Assembly (NCBI GenBank): GCA_963590075.1
Contig: CAVANK010000006.1
Coordinates: 1,082 to 65,081, forward strand
Reading direction: 5' to 3'
DNA: 64,000 nt
Origin: Eshraghiella crossota
GTDB lineage: Bacteria; Bacillota; Clostridia; Christensenellales; CAG-917
Shown here: piece by piece, positions 1 through 8,010 of the stretch
Layout of the letters: every line of letters starts with the position of its first letter
How positions within the stretch are numbered: the first letter of the stretch is position 1
Program-made: the position numbers and the translations under genes
The notes under the pieces: model-generated
Databases searched by the model: none
Told to the model about the DNA's origin: nothing
The model's input: only the letters and a program-made list of their open reading frames with translations

Positions 1-137
1 TTATACCCGCATTTCACAACGGAATACCAATTTATCGCCGATATTTGTTACAGATACACTTTTCGTGTTTTTTAATTTTTAGCGCGTTTTGTTGCACACT
101 TATCGTGTTTTTGTGTGGTATGCAAATCGTGTTTTAT

Positions 138-166
138 AAAAAATCCCCACTAAACAGTAGGGATTT
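138..166 (-). terminator. Intrinsic terminator downstream of mnmA
   Basis: Minus strand AATCCCTACT-GTTT-AGTGGGGATT stem-loop (one G.U pair) followed by a T-run. Confidence 0.6.
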
Positions 167-197
167 GCAGATATTAAAAGATTGAGAATAACGGCTA

Positions 198-1289
198 TTA
201 TATATCGAAAGAGTGATTGATTACACCGCCACCGAGGCAAATATCTCCGTAATATACGACGGCATATTGTCCTTCCGCTATTGCTCGTTGCTTTTCGTTG
301 AACACGATGCGTGTATCTCCATTATCGAGCACTGAAAGATGTGCGCGCTGCAAGGGCTGACGATGTTTGATACGGACTTCGCAATCGAACTCTTTTGCGG
401 GCGGAGGCGTAATAAAATTGAATCCTTCCGTGACAAGTCCGTCTTTGAAAAGAATATCGTCTTCGCCTTGAGATACGATAAGGCGGTTGTTTGCGACGTC
501 TTTGCCGAGAACAAACCATCTTTCTCCGTTGCCTTCCGCGCTTCCACCAATACCGAGGCCTCGACGTTGTCCGAGCGTATAGAAGTATACACCGTGATGT
601 CTACCGACCACTTTGCCGTCTTGGGTGACGATGTCGCCGTCTTTCATAGGGATATATTGTGAAAGAAATTGTCTGAAATTGCGTTCACCGATAAAGCAAA
701 TGCCCGTGCTGTCTTTTTTTTTGGCTACGGGAATGTTGAATTTGAGCGCAAGTTCGCGAACTTCGGGTTTTGTCAAATCACCGAGCGGGAAAATGACGTC
801 GCGCAATTGATGAGATGATACTTGATTGAGGAAATAGGTTTGATCCTTGTTGTCGTCCTTGGCGCGCAACAAATAATGCGTGTCTCCGTCGTGACGGACT
901 CGACAATAATGCCCCGTGGCAATATAGTCCGCTCCGAGTTCCCTTGCAAAATCCGCAAAAGGACCGAATTTGACCTCACGATTGCAAAGGACGTCGGGAT
1001 TGGGCGTGCGACCTTTTTTGTATTCCTCAACGAAGAGCGTGAAGACGTTGTCCATATATTGCTTGGAAAAGTCGACGGAATAATACGGTATGCCGATTTT
1101 GTCGCACACGTATTGAACGTCCGTCCAATCTTGCTCTCCCGTGCAACAGCCGTTGGGATCGGTCTCCTTCCAGTTGGACATATAAAGTCCGATAACGTCA
1201 AAACCCTGCTCTTTGAGAAGAGCAGCGGAAACGGCACTATCTACACCGCCGGACATACCGACGACAACACGTTTTTTCTTATCGCTCAT
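198..1289 (-). CDS. mnmA: tRNA-specific 2-thiouridylase MnmA
   Basis: 363 aa. N-terminal PP-loop GMSGGVDSAV, CNREVKFG and GHY motifs. Colinear with MnmA over the full length. Confidence 0.95.
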   Translation of the reverse strand: MSDKKKRVVVGMSGGVDSAVSAALLKEQGFDVIGLYMSNWKETDPNGCCTGEQDWTDVQYVCDKIGIPYYSVDFSKQYMDNVFTLFVEEYKKGRTPNPDVLCNREVKFGPFADFARELGADYIATGHYCRVRHDGDTHYLLRAKDDNKDQTYFLNQVSSHQLRDVIFPLGDLTKPEVRELALKFNIPVAKKKDSTGICFIGERNFRQFLSQYIPMKDGDIVTQDGKVVGRHHGVYFYTLGQRRGLGIGGSAEGNGERWFVLGKDVANNRLIVSQGEDDILFKDGLVTEGFNFITPPPAKEFDCEVRIKHRQPLQRAHLSVLDNGDTRIVFNEKQRAIAEGQYAVVYYGDICLGGGVINHSFDI

Positions 1290-1378
1290 AGTGATAATAT
1301 TTTAGCATCTCGCCGTCGATATGTAAAGCAAGCAAAAATCAATTTATTCAGTAAATTGTGTTTTAATAAAGAAATAAT

Positions 1379-1918
1379 TTAATCAATCGGAATAATCAAA
1401 TCTTTTTTTACTATTTGCCATTTTTCACCGATTTCCACTCTCTTGTATTCGGCAAAACGTCTTGCGTCGTCTTCACTTTGGAATTTCATTGCCGACAATA
1501 TGTCTCTAACTCCTTTTATACCTTGTCCGCCCATAGTTTTTGCAGACAAATAAGCGTCTTTATCGGCATAAAACAAATAGTAATTCGTGCAAGATTCGTA
1601 GGTTTTTGCAGTACTCGTAACGTTGGAATTTCCCGACATCTCATCGATTATTATTCCGCTCGTTTTCACATCGTTCATACCGTCAACAAACACGGTAAGC
1701 AAAGCGTGCACCATATACGACATAAATATACCGAAGGCACCGACTATAACGCCGGTAATAATATAGCTTGCACCGGCAGCTCCACTGTAAACGCAAAGTA
1801 TAATTCCACCAATCACAAGCAGTACTGCCATAATAATGCAAAATGCCAACGCAACTTTAAGAAACGTATCAACGTATTTTTTTGCTGTTTCTAAATCTCT
1901 AAAATCTTTGTTTCTCAT
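1379..1918 (-). CDS. Hypothetical membrane protein (two N-terminal TM helices plus soluble C-terminal domain); target gene of XRE cassette 1
   Basis: 179 aa. Hydrophobic stretches LKVALAFCIIMAVLLVIGGIILCV and IITGVIVGAFGIFMSYMV. GGAG RBS 6 nt before the ATG. No family recognised. Confidence 0.6.
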   Translation of the reverse strand: MRNKDFRDLETAKKYVDTFLKVALAFCIIMAVLLVIGGIILCVYSGAAGASYIITGVIVGAFGIFMSYMVHALLTVFVDGMNDVKTSGIIIDEMSGNSNVTSTAKTYESCTNYYLFYADKDAYLSAKTMGGQGIKGVRDILSAMKFQSEDDARRFAEYKRVEIGEKWQIVKKDLIIPID

Positions 1919-1934
1919 TTTTTCTCCGTTTTAT

Positions 1935-1989
1935 TATCGGCATACCGATATTTTTATTAAATAATATCATTATGCCGATAATATGTCAA
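1935..1989 (-). promoter_or_regulatory. Cassette 1 control region: minus-strand promoter TTGACA-N17-TATTAT with two operator-like dyads
   Basis: -35 at 1989..1984, -10 at 1966..1961. Perfect dyad TATCGG-CATA-CCGATA at 1935..1950, just downstream of the -10. A 12/16 copy lies at 1965..1980 inside the spacer. Confidence 0.6.
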
Positions 1990-2001
1990 TAGGTGTCTGT
2001 T

Positions 2002-2211
2002 ATGGAAATTCTTATTGCGCAACGTATCGAAGATTTGATGAAAAACGAAAAACTCACGCAAATGCAACCTGCAAAAGCCATAGGCGTGGGACAAAGTTCC
2101 GTAAGCGATTGGCTCAACTCAAAGAGCGAACCAAGCGTTGAAAACCTATGGAAACTTTGCGACTATTTCGATATATCGCTCGATTATCTAGTCGGAAGGA
2201 AAGAAATATAA
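2002..2211 (+). CDS. XRE-family HTH transcriptional regulator (cassette 1)
   Basis: About 70-aa single HTH domain (LTQMQPAKAIGVGQSSVSDWLN) with a C-terminal DYLVGRKEI tail. AGGTG RBS 6 nt upstream of ATG 2002. The track starts at GTG 1993. Confidence 0.85.
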   Translation: MEILIAQRIEDLMKNEKLTQMQPAKAIGVGQSSVSDWLNSKSEPSVENLWKLCDYFDISLDYLVGRKEI

Positions 2212-2299
2212 AAATGCACCTCCAAAAGTTTTACATTTTTGTCCAGCTTTTGGGGTTCACTTCAGTATAGTGCGCTTTTTATAAATATTTCAATGCAAA

Positions 2300-2869
2300 T
2301 CACATCGGCAAATCAACTTTCGTCGTTCCGACGTTCTTATACTCTATCGTATATCTCACCTTTACACCGTCACTGACTGCAACACCTTCGATTTTTGCCG
2401 AATTCTTATTAAGCGTCAGTTTTGCAAAATCAAAAACCACTCCGTCATAAATAAGATTTGCACCACTCTTGGATACGTACGCCCTTTCAGTGATTGAATA
2501 CTCGTAATAACCACCTTCAAGAAGCGAAAATCCCATAGTCTCTTTGCCTTTTTCTATGGTCACAAACGTCTTTTCCCACCCCGTATCCGTTTTTGTATAA
2601 AGCAAAACCACCTCGTCGTTGATTACGCTATAAGTTTCGGGTTCGTCCATAAACGAACTCGCCCAAACCTTACTTCCCTCAATCTTTGAATACATAACGA
2701 TTTCACCAAGCGTCGGCACTTCCATAGTTACCACTATTTCAAAATTGCCTGCATCTTCCAACTTTTTGCGGAAATCGTCGATTTTGTCCGTGCTGTTACA
2801 AGATACAAGCAACATACAAACGGCAACAATCAACACACCGACACATAATATTCTCTGCTTTTTACTCAT
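2300..2869 (-). CDS. Small lipoprotein, unknown function (target of cassette 2)
   Basis: 189 aa. Signal peptide with lipobox LLVSC. GAGGAG RBS. Confidence 0.75.
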   Translation of the reverse strand: MSKKQRILCVGVLIVAVCMLLVSCNSTDKIDDFRKKLEDAGNFEIVVTMEVPTLGEIVMYSKIEGSKVWASSFMDEPETYSVINDEVVLLYTKTDTGWEKTFVTIEKGKETMGFSLLEGGYYEYSITERAYVSKSGANLIYDGVVFDFAKLTLNKNSAKIEGVAVSDGVKVRYTIEYKNVGTTKVDLPM

Positions 2870-2884
2870 ATAAAACTCCTCTTT

Positions 2885-2939
2885 ACTTGCCCAAGGGCAA
2901 GTTTAAGAATATTATATGCCCAAGGACATATAATGTCAA
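2885..2939 (-). promoter_or_regulatory. Cassette 2 control region: consensus minus-strand promoter TTGACA-N17-TATAAT with two operator-like dyads
   Basis: -35 at 2939..2934, -10 at 2916..2911. Perfect dyad ACTTGCCC-AA-GGGCAAGT at 2885..2902. A 13/18 copy lies at 2914..2931 in the spacer. A plus-strand TATAAT (2929..2934) ends 6 nt before the XRE ATG. Confidence 0.65.
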
Positions 2940-2940
2940 T

Positions 2941-3150
2941 ATGGAAATATTGATTGTCAAAAGGATAAAAGAATTGCTTAAAAACGAGGGTTTGACGCAA
3001 AGCAAGTTGGCAGACGGCATAGGCGTCAATCAAAGCACTGTTTGCAATTGGCTAAACGGCAAGAAAGAACCGTCGATTGAGAGCCTATGGAAACTTGCGG
3101 ATTTCTTTGACGTAAGCGTAGACTATTTGATAGGCAGAAAAGAGATTTGA
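2941..3150 (+). CDS. XRE-family HTH transcriptional regulator (cassette 2), paralog of 2002..2211
   Basis: MEILIVKRIKELLKNEGLTQSKLADGIGVNQSTVCNWLN...DYLIGRKEI. The N-terminal 18 aa of the track ORF are not conserved with the paralog. Confidence 0.85.
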   Translation: MEILIVKRIKELLKNEGLTQSKLADGIGVNQSTVCNWLNGKKEPSIESLWKLADFFDVSVDYLIGRKEI

Positions 3151-3179
3151 CGAGTTTGAAAATGCGATAACGATAGGAA

Positions 3180-3206
3180 AGCCACCGAGGAATTTCGGTG
3201 GCTTTT
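3180..3206 (+). terminator. Intrinsic terminator after XRE gene 2
   Basis: AGCCACCGA-GGAATT-TCGGTGGCT stem-loop followed by TTTT. Confidence 0.6.
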
Positions 3207-3298
3207 CGATTGATTTTATAAATTTGCAGATCGATCAGACAATTGGAAGAATCAAATTTTATGACGTTTTATCGTATCGTTTTGTATAGATAAACATC

Positions 3299-3919
3299 TC
3301 ATATTGGCAATAGCGACGTTGCAACCGCAGATAATGATGCAGCCGCATAACCACCGCCTATCACCAAAATGATTATAAACACATACAACATCACACCGAC
3401 AGTGCTGAGAATTACAGACACGAGGCAACCTATGCCCGCTCCGCGAGCGCGTTTGGGATAATCGTTCTTCCATACGAGCCAGAGGATAAAGCCTACTATC
3501 GGGAAGAAAAATCCGAGGAAGCCCCAACCGACGGGATCGCTATCGTCCTTTCGTTCGGGTTGAGAGTTGCAAATATTGTTTTGCGGTGCACCGTCGCAGT
3601 GCGAATTTGCATCCGCTCTGCCAAATTGATTGGGCGTTGCGATATAATACTTGGTTTTCTCAATGAGGTTGCTCACGTTTTGTGAGCCTATTTGAGACAC
3701 GGAAAACGTGGATATCGGCTCGTTGGTAAAGTCAAAAATCGTCTTGATTACGCCACCGCAATAGGGGCATTTTGCCAAAATGCAGATGAGATTGCCCGAG
3801 AAGTCAAAGGCAATTTCCCAGTCCACGCGCTCCGAGCAAAGCGGGCACGTCGGAATTGCCGATTGAAACTTGTTTTGAGCAATCAAGCCTACACCGTCGT
3901 TATATCTTTGAAAATCCAT
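3299..3919 (-). CDS. Zinc-ribbon membrane protein, unknown function
   Basis: 206 aa. CPLC...CPYC four-Cys ribbon at the N-terminus. C-terminal TM region GFFFPIVGFILWLVWKNDYPKRA plus further TM helices. Confidence 0.65.
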   Translation of the reverse strand: MDFQRYNDGVGLIAQNKFQSAIPTCPLCSERVDWEIAFDFSGNLICILAKCPYCGGVIKTIFDFTNEPISTFSVSQIGSQNVSNLIEKTKYYIATPNQFGRADANSHCDGAPQNNICNSQPERKDDSDPVGWGFLGFFFPIVGFILWLVWKNDYPKRARGAGIGCLVSVILSTVGVMLYVFIIILVIGGGYAAASLSAVATSLLPI

Positions 3920-3972
3920 ATTTCGATCCTCCTATATATCGAGCATAACACGCTCTTCCCCAAAAATCAACG

Positions 3973-4866
3973 CTATTCGTACAAATCAGCGGGATATCTG
4001 TCCCCGTTGTCGGGGAGAACCACTACGATTTTGCCGTCGTACTCTTTTCTCACGCGCTTTGCAACGGCGTACGCCGCACCCGAAGAAATACCGCATTTTT
4101 TGCCCGTTTTTTGATATATTTCCTTTGCGGTGGCAATTGCCTCTTCGCTGGAAGCGGTGCGAATTTCGTCAAGCTTGCTTACGTCGACGATTGCGGGGAC
4201 GAAGTTTGCGCCTATACCTTGTATCTTGTGTGCGCCTGCGTAACCCTTGGACAAAAGCGGACTCGTCTCCGGCTCTACGGCAATGACCTTGCAATCTATG
4301 CCGTTGTCCTCTATATACTTCTTTACGCCCATAACCGTACCGCCGCTACCTACGCCCGCAACGACGTATTTTGCGTCGGGCAACGCCGAGAAAATCTCGG
4401 GGGCTGTGGTGTAACAGTGCGCCTCGATGCTTGCGTAGTTGCCGAATTGATTTGCAAGCCACGCACCGCCTTCTTGAAGTTCTTGTGCCTTTGCAACCGC
4501 GCCTGCCATACCCTCGCTTGCGGGCGTCAAAACGAGCTTTGCACCGTATGCGGATATCATCTCTCTACGCTCTTTGCTCATACTCTCGGGCATAACCATT
4601 ATAGAGTTTAGTCCGAGTTCTCTCGCAACGTACGCAAGACCTATGCCTGTGTTTCCGCTCGTCGCTTCGACGACAGTTCCGCCCTCTTGCAAATCACCTT
4701 TTTCAAGCGCGCTCATAATCATATAAAACGCCGCTCTGTCCTTAATCGAGCCTGCGGGGTTTGCGCCTTCGAGCTTGCCGTATACGTCGTCACCCATATC
4801 GATAATGGGTGTATTGCCTATCTTTTTTGCCAAAATATCTACTTTATCTTGCAATTTCTTGTCCAT
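3973..4866 (-). CDS. cysK: Cysteine synthase A (O-acetylserine sulfhydrylase)
   Basis: 297 aa. PLP-lysine motif GSIKDRAA and loop TSGNTGIGLA. Full-length CysK architecture. Confidence 0.93.
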   Translation of the reverse strand: MDKKLQDKVDILAKKIGNTPIIDMGDDVYGKLEGANPAGSIKDRAAFYMIMSALEKGDLQEGGTVVEATSGNTGIGLAYVARELGLNSIMVMPESMSKERREMISAYGAKLVLTPASEGMAGAVAKAQELQEGGAWLANQFGNYASIEAHCYTTAPEIFSALPDAKYVVAGVGSGGTVMGVKKYIEDNGIDCKVIAVEPETSPLLSKGYAGAHKIQGIGANFVPAIVDVSKLDEIRTASSEEAIATAKEIYQKTGKKCGISSGAAYAVAKRVRKEYDGKIVVVLPDNGDRYPADLYE

Positions 4867-4990
4867 AAACCGCCTATTTGCGCATTTTCCCGTCTTTCGT
4901 CGCTATATTTCAAAAGACGGGAATATACGTTTGCTAGTGTTTTATATTTCATATTATACCACCGCAAAACGGGAGTGACACAATTTTTTA

Positions 4991-5824
4991 TCAAGCGTCT
5001 TGATTTTTGATATGCACGTCGAGTTGGTTGAACGGGATTTTTATTCCGTTTTGGTCAAACGCCGTCTTGACTTGTTCGAGCATATCGAAATTGACCGTCC
5101 AATAGTCCTCGTTTTTGCACCACACTTTTGCCGTCAAGTCTATACTGCTCGCCGATTGTGCGGACACTCTGACGCTCGGCGCGGGATCTTTGAGGATAAG
5201 TTCGTTTTTATCCCATACTTCCTCAATGACCTTTTTTGCCTTCTCGAAATCGTCCGAATAGGATATTGAGAATTTCAAGTCCACACGGCGCAAGTCTTTC
5301 TCCGTGTAGTTGACGATCTCGCTGGTGGAGAGTTTGCCGTTGGGCAGATATACCACTTTATTGTCCGTGGTGCGGAGCTTGGTGTGGCAGATACGGATAT
5401 CTTCCACCGTACCGGAATAACCGCAAGCGTCTATGAAATCGTCGTCTTTGAAAGGTCTTGTGATGAGAATGAGCATTCCTCCCGCAAAGTTGGAGAGCGT
5501 GCCGTTTATTGCAAGTCCTACGCCGACGCCGAGCGATGCGATAAGCGCGGTGATTGCGCTCGTGTCGATGCCGAGATAGCCGACGAGCATAACGACAACC
5601 AACACTTTCAATCCCACTTTTGTGACGTAACTGAGCGTTCGATAAATGGTTTTGTCAATCTTTTTGCTATTTTCGACTTTCTTATCCGCACGCTTTGCAA
5701 TCTTCTTGCTGAGCCAGTTGATAATCGCAAACGAAACTATCATTATCACTATCGCGATAACGACTTTGATGCCCGTCGTGGTGAGCCAGTTTTGTACGGT
5801 TTGCCATATTTGTTGCCAATCCAT
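4991..5824 (-). CDS. Mechanosensitive ion channel, MscS family
   Basis: TM helices plus the conserved pore/beta-domain region GVGVGLAINGTLSNFAGGMLILITRPF. GAGGTG RBS 6 nt before ATG 5824. The track ORF extends to 5884. Confidence 0.85.
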   Translation of the reverse strand: MDWQQIWQTVQNWLTTTGIKVVIAIVIMIVSFAIINWLSKKIAKRADKKVENSKKIDKTIYRTLSYVTKVGLKVLVVVMLVGYLGIDTSAITALIASLGVGVGLAINGTLSNFAGGMLILITRPFKDDDFIDACGYSGTVEDIRICHTKLRTTDNKVVYLPNGKLSTSEIVNYTEKDLRRVDLKFSISYSDDFEKAKKVIEEVWDKNELILKDPAPSVRVSAQSASSIDLTAKVWCKNEDYWTVNFDMLEQVKTAFDQNGIKIPFNQLDVHIKNQDA

Positions 5825-5938
5825 AATACACCTCTGATGTAAAATTGCGATATAAAGTATCGCCAAATCGAGCATATTATACAATTGCGTAGGCGTATAG
5901 TCAACAACGCATACGCCCGCACGCGTGGAAAATTATAA

Positions 5939-5960
5939 ACGCCACGCGATTGCGTGACGT
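5939..5960 (-). terminator. Hairpin after XRE gene 3; left copy of a duplicated hairpin
   Basis: ACGCCACGC-GATT-GCGTGACGT, 6 nt from the stop codon. Shares AATTATAAACGCCACGC with the hairpin at 6765..6790. Confidence 0.5.
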
Positions 5961-5965
5961 TCGAT

Positions 5966-6181
5966 TTAATACGGTTTATCTTTTATACCGAGAAAATAGT
6001 CGGCAGAAACGTTGAAGGCAATGCTCATTTGCTTCAATATATCGTATCCGGGTTTTGCCTTCCCTTTCAACCATTCACTGACTTGACTTTGTTTTACACC
6101 AATCTCACGAGCAAATGCTGATTGCGTCAAGTTCTTGTACATCAAGAATTCTCTCAATATTTCAGTAAAATCCGATTCCAT
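5966..6181 (-). CDS. XRE-family HTH transcriptional regulator (cassette 3)
   Basis: 71 aa, LTQSAFAREIGVKQSQVSEWLKG HTH. A minus-strand TATAAT (6193..6188) ends 6 nt before the ATG and there is no SD. Confidence 0.85.
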   Translation of the reverse strand: MESDFTEILREFLMYKNLTQSAFAREIGVKQSQVSEWLKGKAKPGYDILKQMSIAFNVSADYFLGIKDKPY

Positions 6182-6191
6182 AAATTCATTA

Positions 6192-6243
6192 TATAGAAAA
6201 TTCTACACGTGTTCTTGACTTATAGAATATTCTATACTATGAT
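6192..6243 (+). promoter_or_regulatory. Cassette 3 control region: plus-strand promoter TTGACT-N17-TATGAT with operator-like dyads
   Basis: -35 at 6215..6220, -10 at 6238..6243. Perfect dyad TATAGAAT-ATTCTATA at 6221..6236 fills the spacer. A 14/16 copy lies at 6192..6207. Confidence 0.6.
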
Positions 6244-6322
6244 TAACTTAATAACACATAATTATAAATTGCGTTTTGAGTAAATATCGTTAATTATGGA
6301 TTACTGCAAATAGGAGAGGAAA

Positions 6323-6733
6323 ATGAAAAAATCGTTTATATCTATAATAGTCGTATGTATGGCGTGTTTGATTTGTCTCGTCGGTTGCGACGTTCTTGCC
6401 GACCAAGACGATAATTCAATGAAAAAATACACGGTTGAACTTACGTTGGACAATTATCTTGATTATTTGACAATTGCGACTACGACTAATAGCGGTGATA
6501 TGGTATCCAGTTACGAGCACAATTTCAGCGGAGCATTGGATTACGCTTACTACGACAACGTGGTTATTACGTACAATCTCATATCAAACTCGTCATCGTC
6601 TACTAAGACCGAAACGAAAACGCTGAAATTGGACGTCGGCGGTTGCGGTAGCATAACGACGTCTAGTTCAAGATTTGGAAGTACTAGTTATGAAATTACT
6701 GACGTGTCGGGCACGTTGACGTATTGGTTTTAA
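6323..6733 (+). CDS. Small lipoprotein, unknown function (target of cassette 3)
   Basis: 136 aa. Lipobox LVGC. AGGAGAGGA RBS. Confidence 0.7.
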   Translation: MKKSFISIIVVCMACLICLVGCDVLADQDDNSMKKYTVELTLDNYLDYLTIATTTNSGDMVSSYEHNFSGALDYAYYDNVVITYNLISNSSSSTKTETKTLKLDVGGCGSITTSSSRFGSTSYEITDVSGTLTYWF

Positions 6734-6764
6734 CACAAAAATCACATTGCAAATTGAATTATAA

Positions 6765-6790
6765 ACGCCACGCAATAGCGTGGCGTTTTT
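6765..6790 (+). terminator. Intrinsic terminator after the lipoprotein gene; right copy of the duplicated hairpin
   Basis: ACGCCACGC-AATA-GCGTGGCGT followed by TTTTT. Confidence 0.7.
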
Positions 6791-6794
6791 ATAT

Positions 6795-6871
6795 TGGTGC
6801 ACCCAAACGGATTTGAACCGCCAACCGTCAGAATCGGAATCTGATGCGCTATCCAGTTGCGCCATGGGTGC
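6795..6871 (-). tRNA. tRNA-Arg (anticodon CCG), CCA encoded
   Basis: Manual cloverleaf. Acceptor GCACCCA/TGGGTGC, D-stem GCGC/GCGC, anticodon stem TCAGA/TCTGA with loop TTCCGAT, T-loop TTCAAAT, discriminator A plus CCA. 77 nt. Confidence 0.9.
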
Positions 6872-6879
6872 ATATCTGT

Positions 6880-6908
6880 ATTCTATCTTTTTTTGCCGTA
6901 TTTGTCGA
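6880..6908 (-). promoter_or_regulatory. Candidate promoter of tRNA-Arg
   Basis: Minus strand TCGACA-N17-TAGAAT. The -10 ends 8 nt before the mature tRNA 5' end. Confidence 0.5.
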
Positions 6909-6981
6909 GAGAAAGCGCACAATTGGTGTTTTTTCGACACATATAAGCGTCTCGATCGAGACGCTTTCTTAATTTTGGGCA

Positions 6982-7008
6982 TAAAACAAGCCACTCGGTT
7001 GAGTGGCT
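6982..7008 (-). terminator. Intrinsic terminator after the lipid kinase gene
   Basis: Minus strand GCCACTC-AACC-GAGTGGC followed by TTGTTTTAT. A second palindromic hairpin GCGTCTCGATCGAGACGC lies at 6947..6964. Confidence 0.6.
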
Positions 7009-7016
7009 CGTGAGGT

Positions 7017-7883
7017 TTATCTGTACATTTTGAGTTTGCCGTGCACGACTTCGATGTCAAGCTTGGTGTCGTCGATGATTTCACCGTCAAGCTCAAATCT
7101 GCTGTCGTCAAGCGCTTCGATGGTAATCTTCTTTGCGGTGTATTCTCCGCCCCAGTCCGTGCCGACGTGTTGACCTTTTAGGAACTTTGCCAAGCGGAAC
7201 AAAATCTTGCTCTTCTTCATCTCGCTGACGTAGCCTACGTTGAGCAAACCGTCGTCAACGACCGCATTGGGACAGATGGGAATTCCGCCGCCGATAAATC
7301 CGCCGTTGCCTATGCCTATCATAAACACGCTGGTGTCCTTTGTTACGCCGTCCGCGGTGATACGCAAGTGGTGGAATCTCGTGTGGCACAACGTGTAGAA
7401 CAACGAATAATAGTACGCCGCCTTGCCTTTGAGCGTCTTGCATTGCGCGTATTTGAGCAATACGTCGACGTCCATACCTCCGCCGCCTACGTTGAGGCAA
7501 CGATATTTGCCGAGTTCCATATAATCGACGTACGAGGGCTTGTCATTGAGAATGGTTGCCACCGCTTCCTCGATCTTGGCGGAGTGTCCGGACTTTTTGA
7601 TAAAGTCGTTTCCGCTGCCACAAGCGATGAGACCGAGCGTTACGTTGTCGAAGTTGTCGATACCGCAAAGCACCTCGTGGAAAGAACCGTCACCGCCCAT
7701 TGCGATAATCTTGGTATCGGGCTTTTGGGAAAGTTCTCTCGCAATCTCGGTTGCGTGTCCGGCGTATTCCGTCTTATGTACGGTGTATTCCGCACCGTTT
7801 TTCTTCAACAATTCTTCGACTTTGCCGAGTGCTTTGAGCGTTTTGCCCTTGCCACCCGTGGGATTTACGATTATATGATACAT
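7017..7883 (-). CDS. Diacylglycerol kinase catalytic-domain lipid kinase (YegS/DagK-like)
   Basis: NPTGGKGK, AMGGDGSFHEV and GSGNDF motifs. GGAG RBS before ATG 7883. The track ORF extends to 7922. Confidence 0.85.
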   Translation of the reverse strand: MYHIIVNPTGGKGKTLKALGKVEELLKKNGAEYTVHKTEYAGHATEIARELSQKPDTKIIAMGGDGSFHEVLCGIDNFDNVTLGLIACGSGNDFIKKSGHSAKIEEAVATILNDKPSYVDYMELGKYRCLNVGGGGMDVDVLLKYAQCKTLKGKAAYYYSLFYTLCHTRFHHLRITADGVTKDTSVFMIGIGNGGFIGGGIPICPNAVVDDGLLNVGYVSEMKKSKILFRLAKFLKGQHVGTDWGGEYTAKKITIEALDDSRFELDGEIIDDTKLDIEVVHGKLKMYR

Positions 7884-7912
7884 ATATATCTCCATTGCTT
7901 TAATATATGTAT

Positions 7913-7940
7913 ATTGTATCACTTACCCGAAAAATGTCAA
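7913..7940 (-). promoter_or_regulatory. Candidate promoter of the lipid kinase gene
   Basis: Minus strand TTGACA-N16-TACAAT with TGA immediately upstream (extended -10). Confidence 0.45.
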
Positions 7941-8010
7941 CTGTTTGCAAAGTTGCAATACAAAATGTCGAATATCTTGAACAGTTGTAGTTTATTACAC
8001 ACGAAAGCGG

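Noticed and set aside
63-135. Three copies of TCGTGTTTT (63, 103, 127) downstream of the mnmA terminator
   Set aside because: The word is short and T-rich with irregular spacing (40 and 24 nt), at the window edge with no flanking context. Not interpretable.
6668-7111. 147-aa minus-strand ORF
   Set aside because: It runs straight through the tRNA-Arg gene, its promoter and two terminator hairpins.
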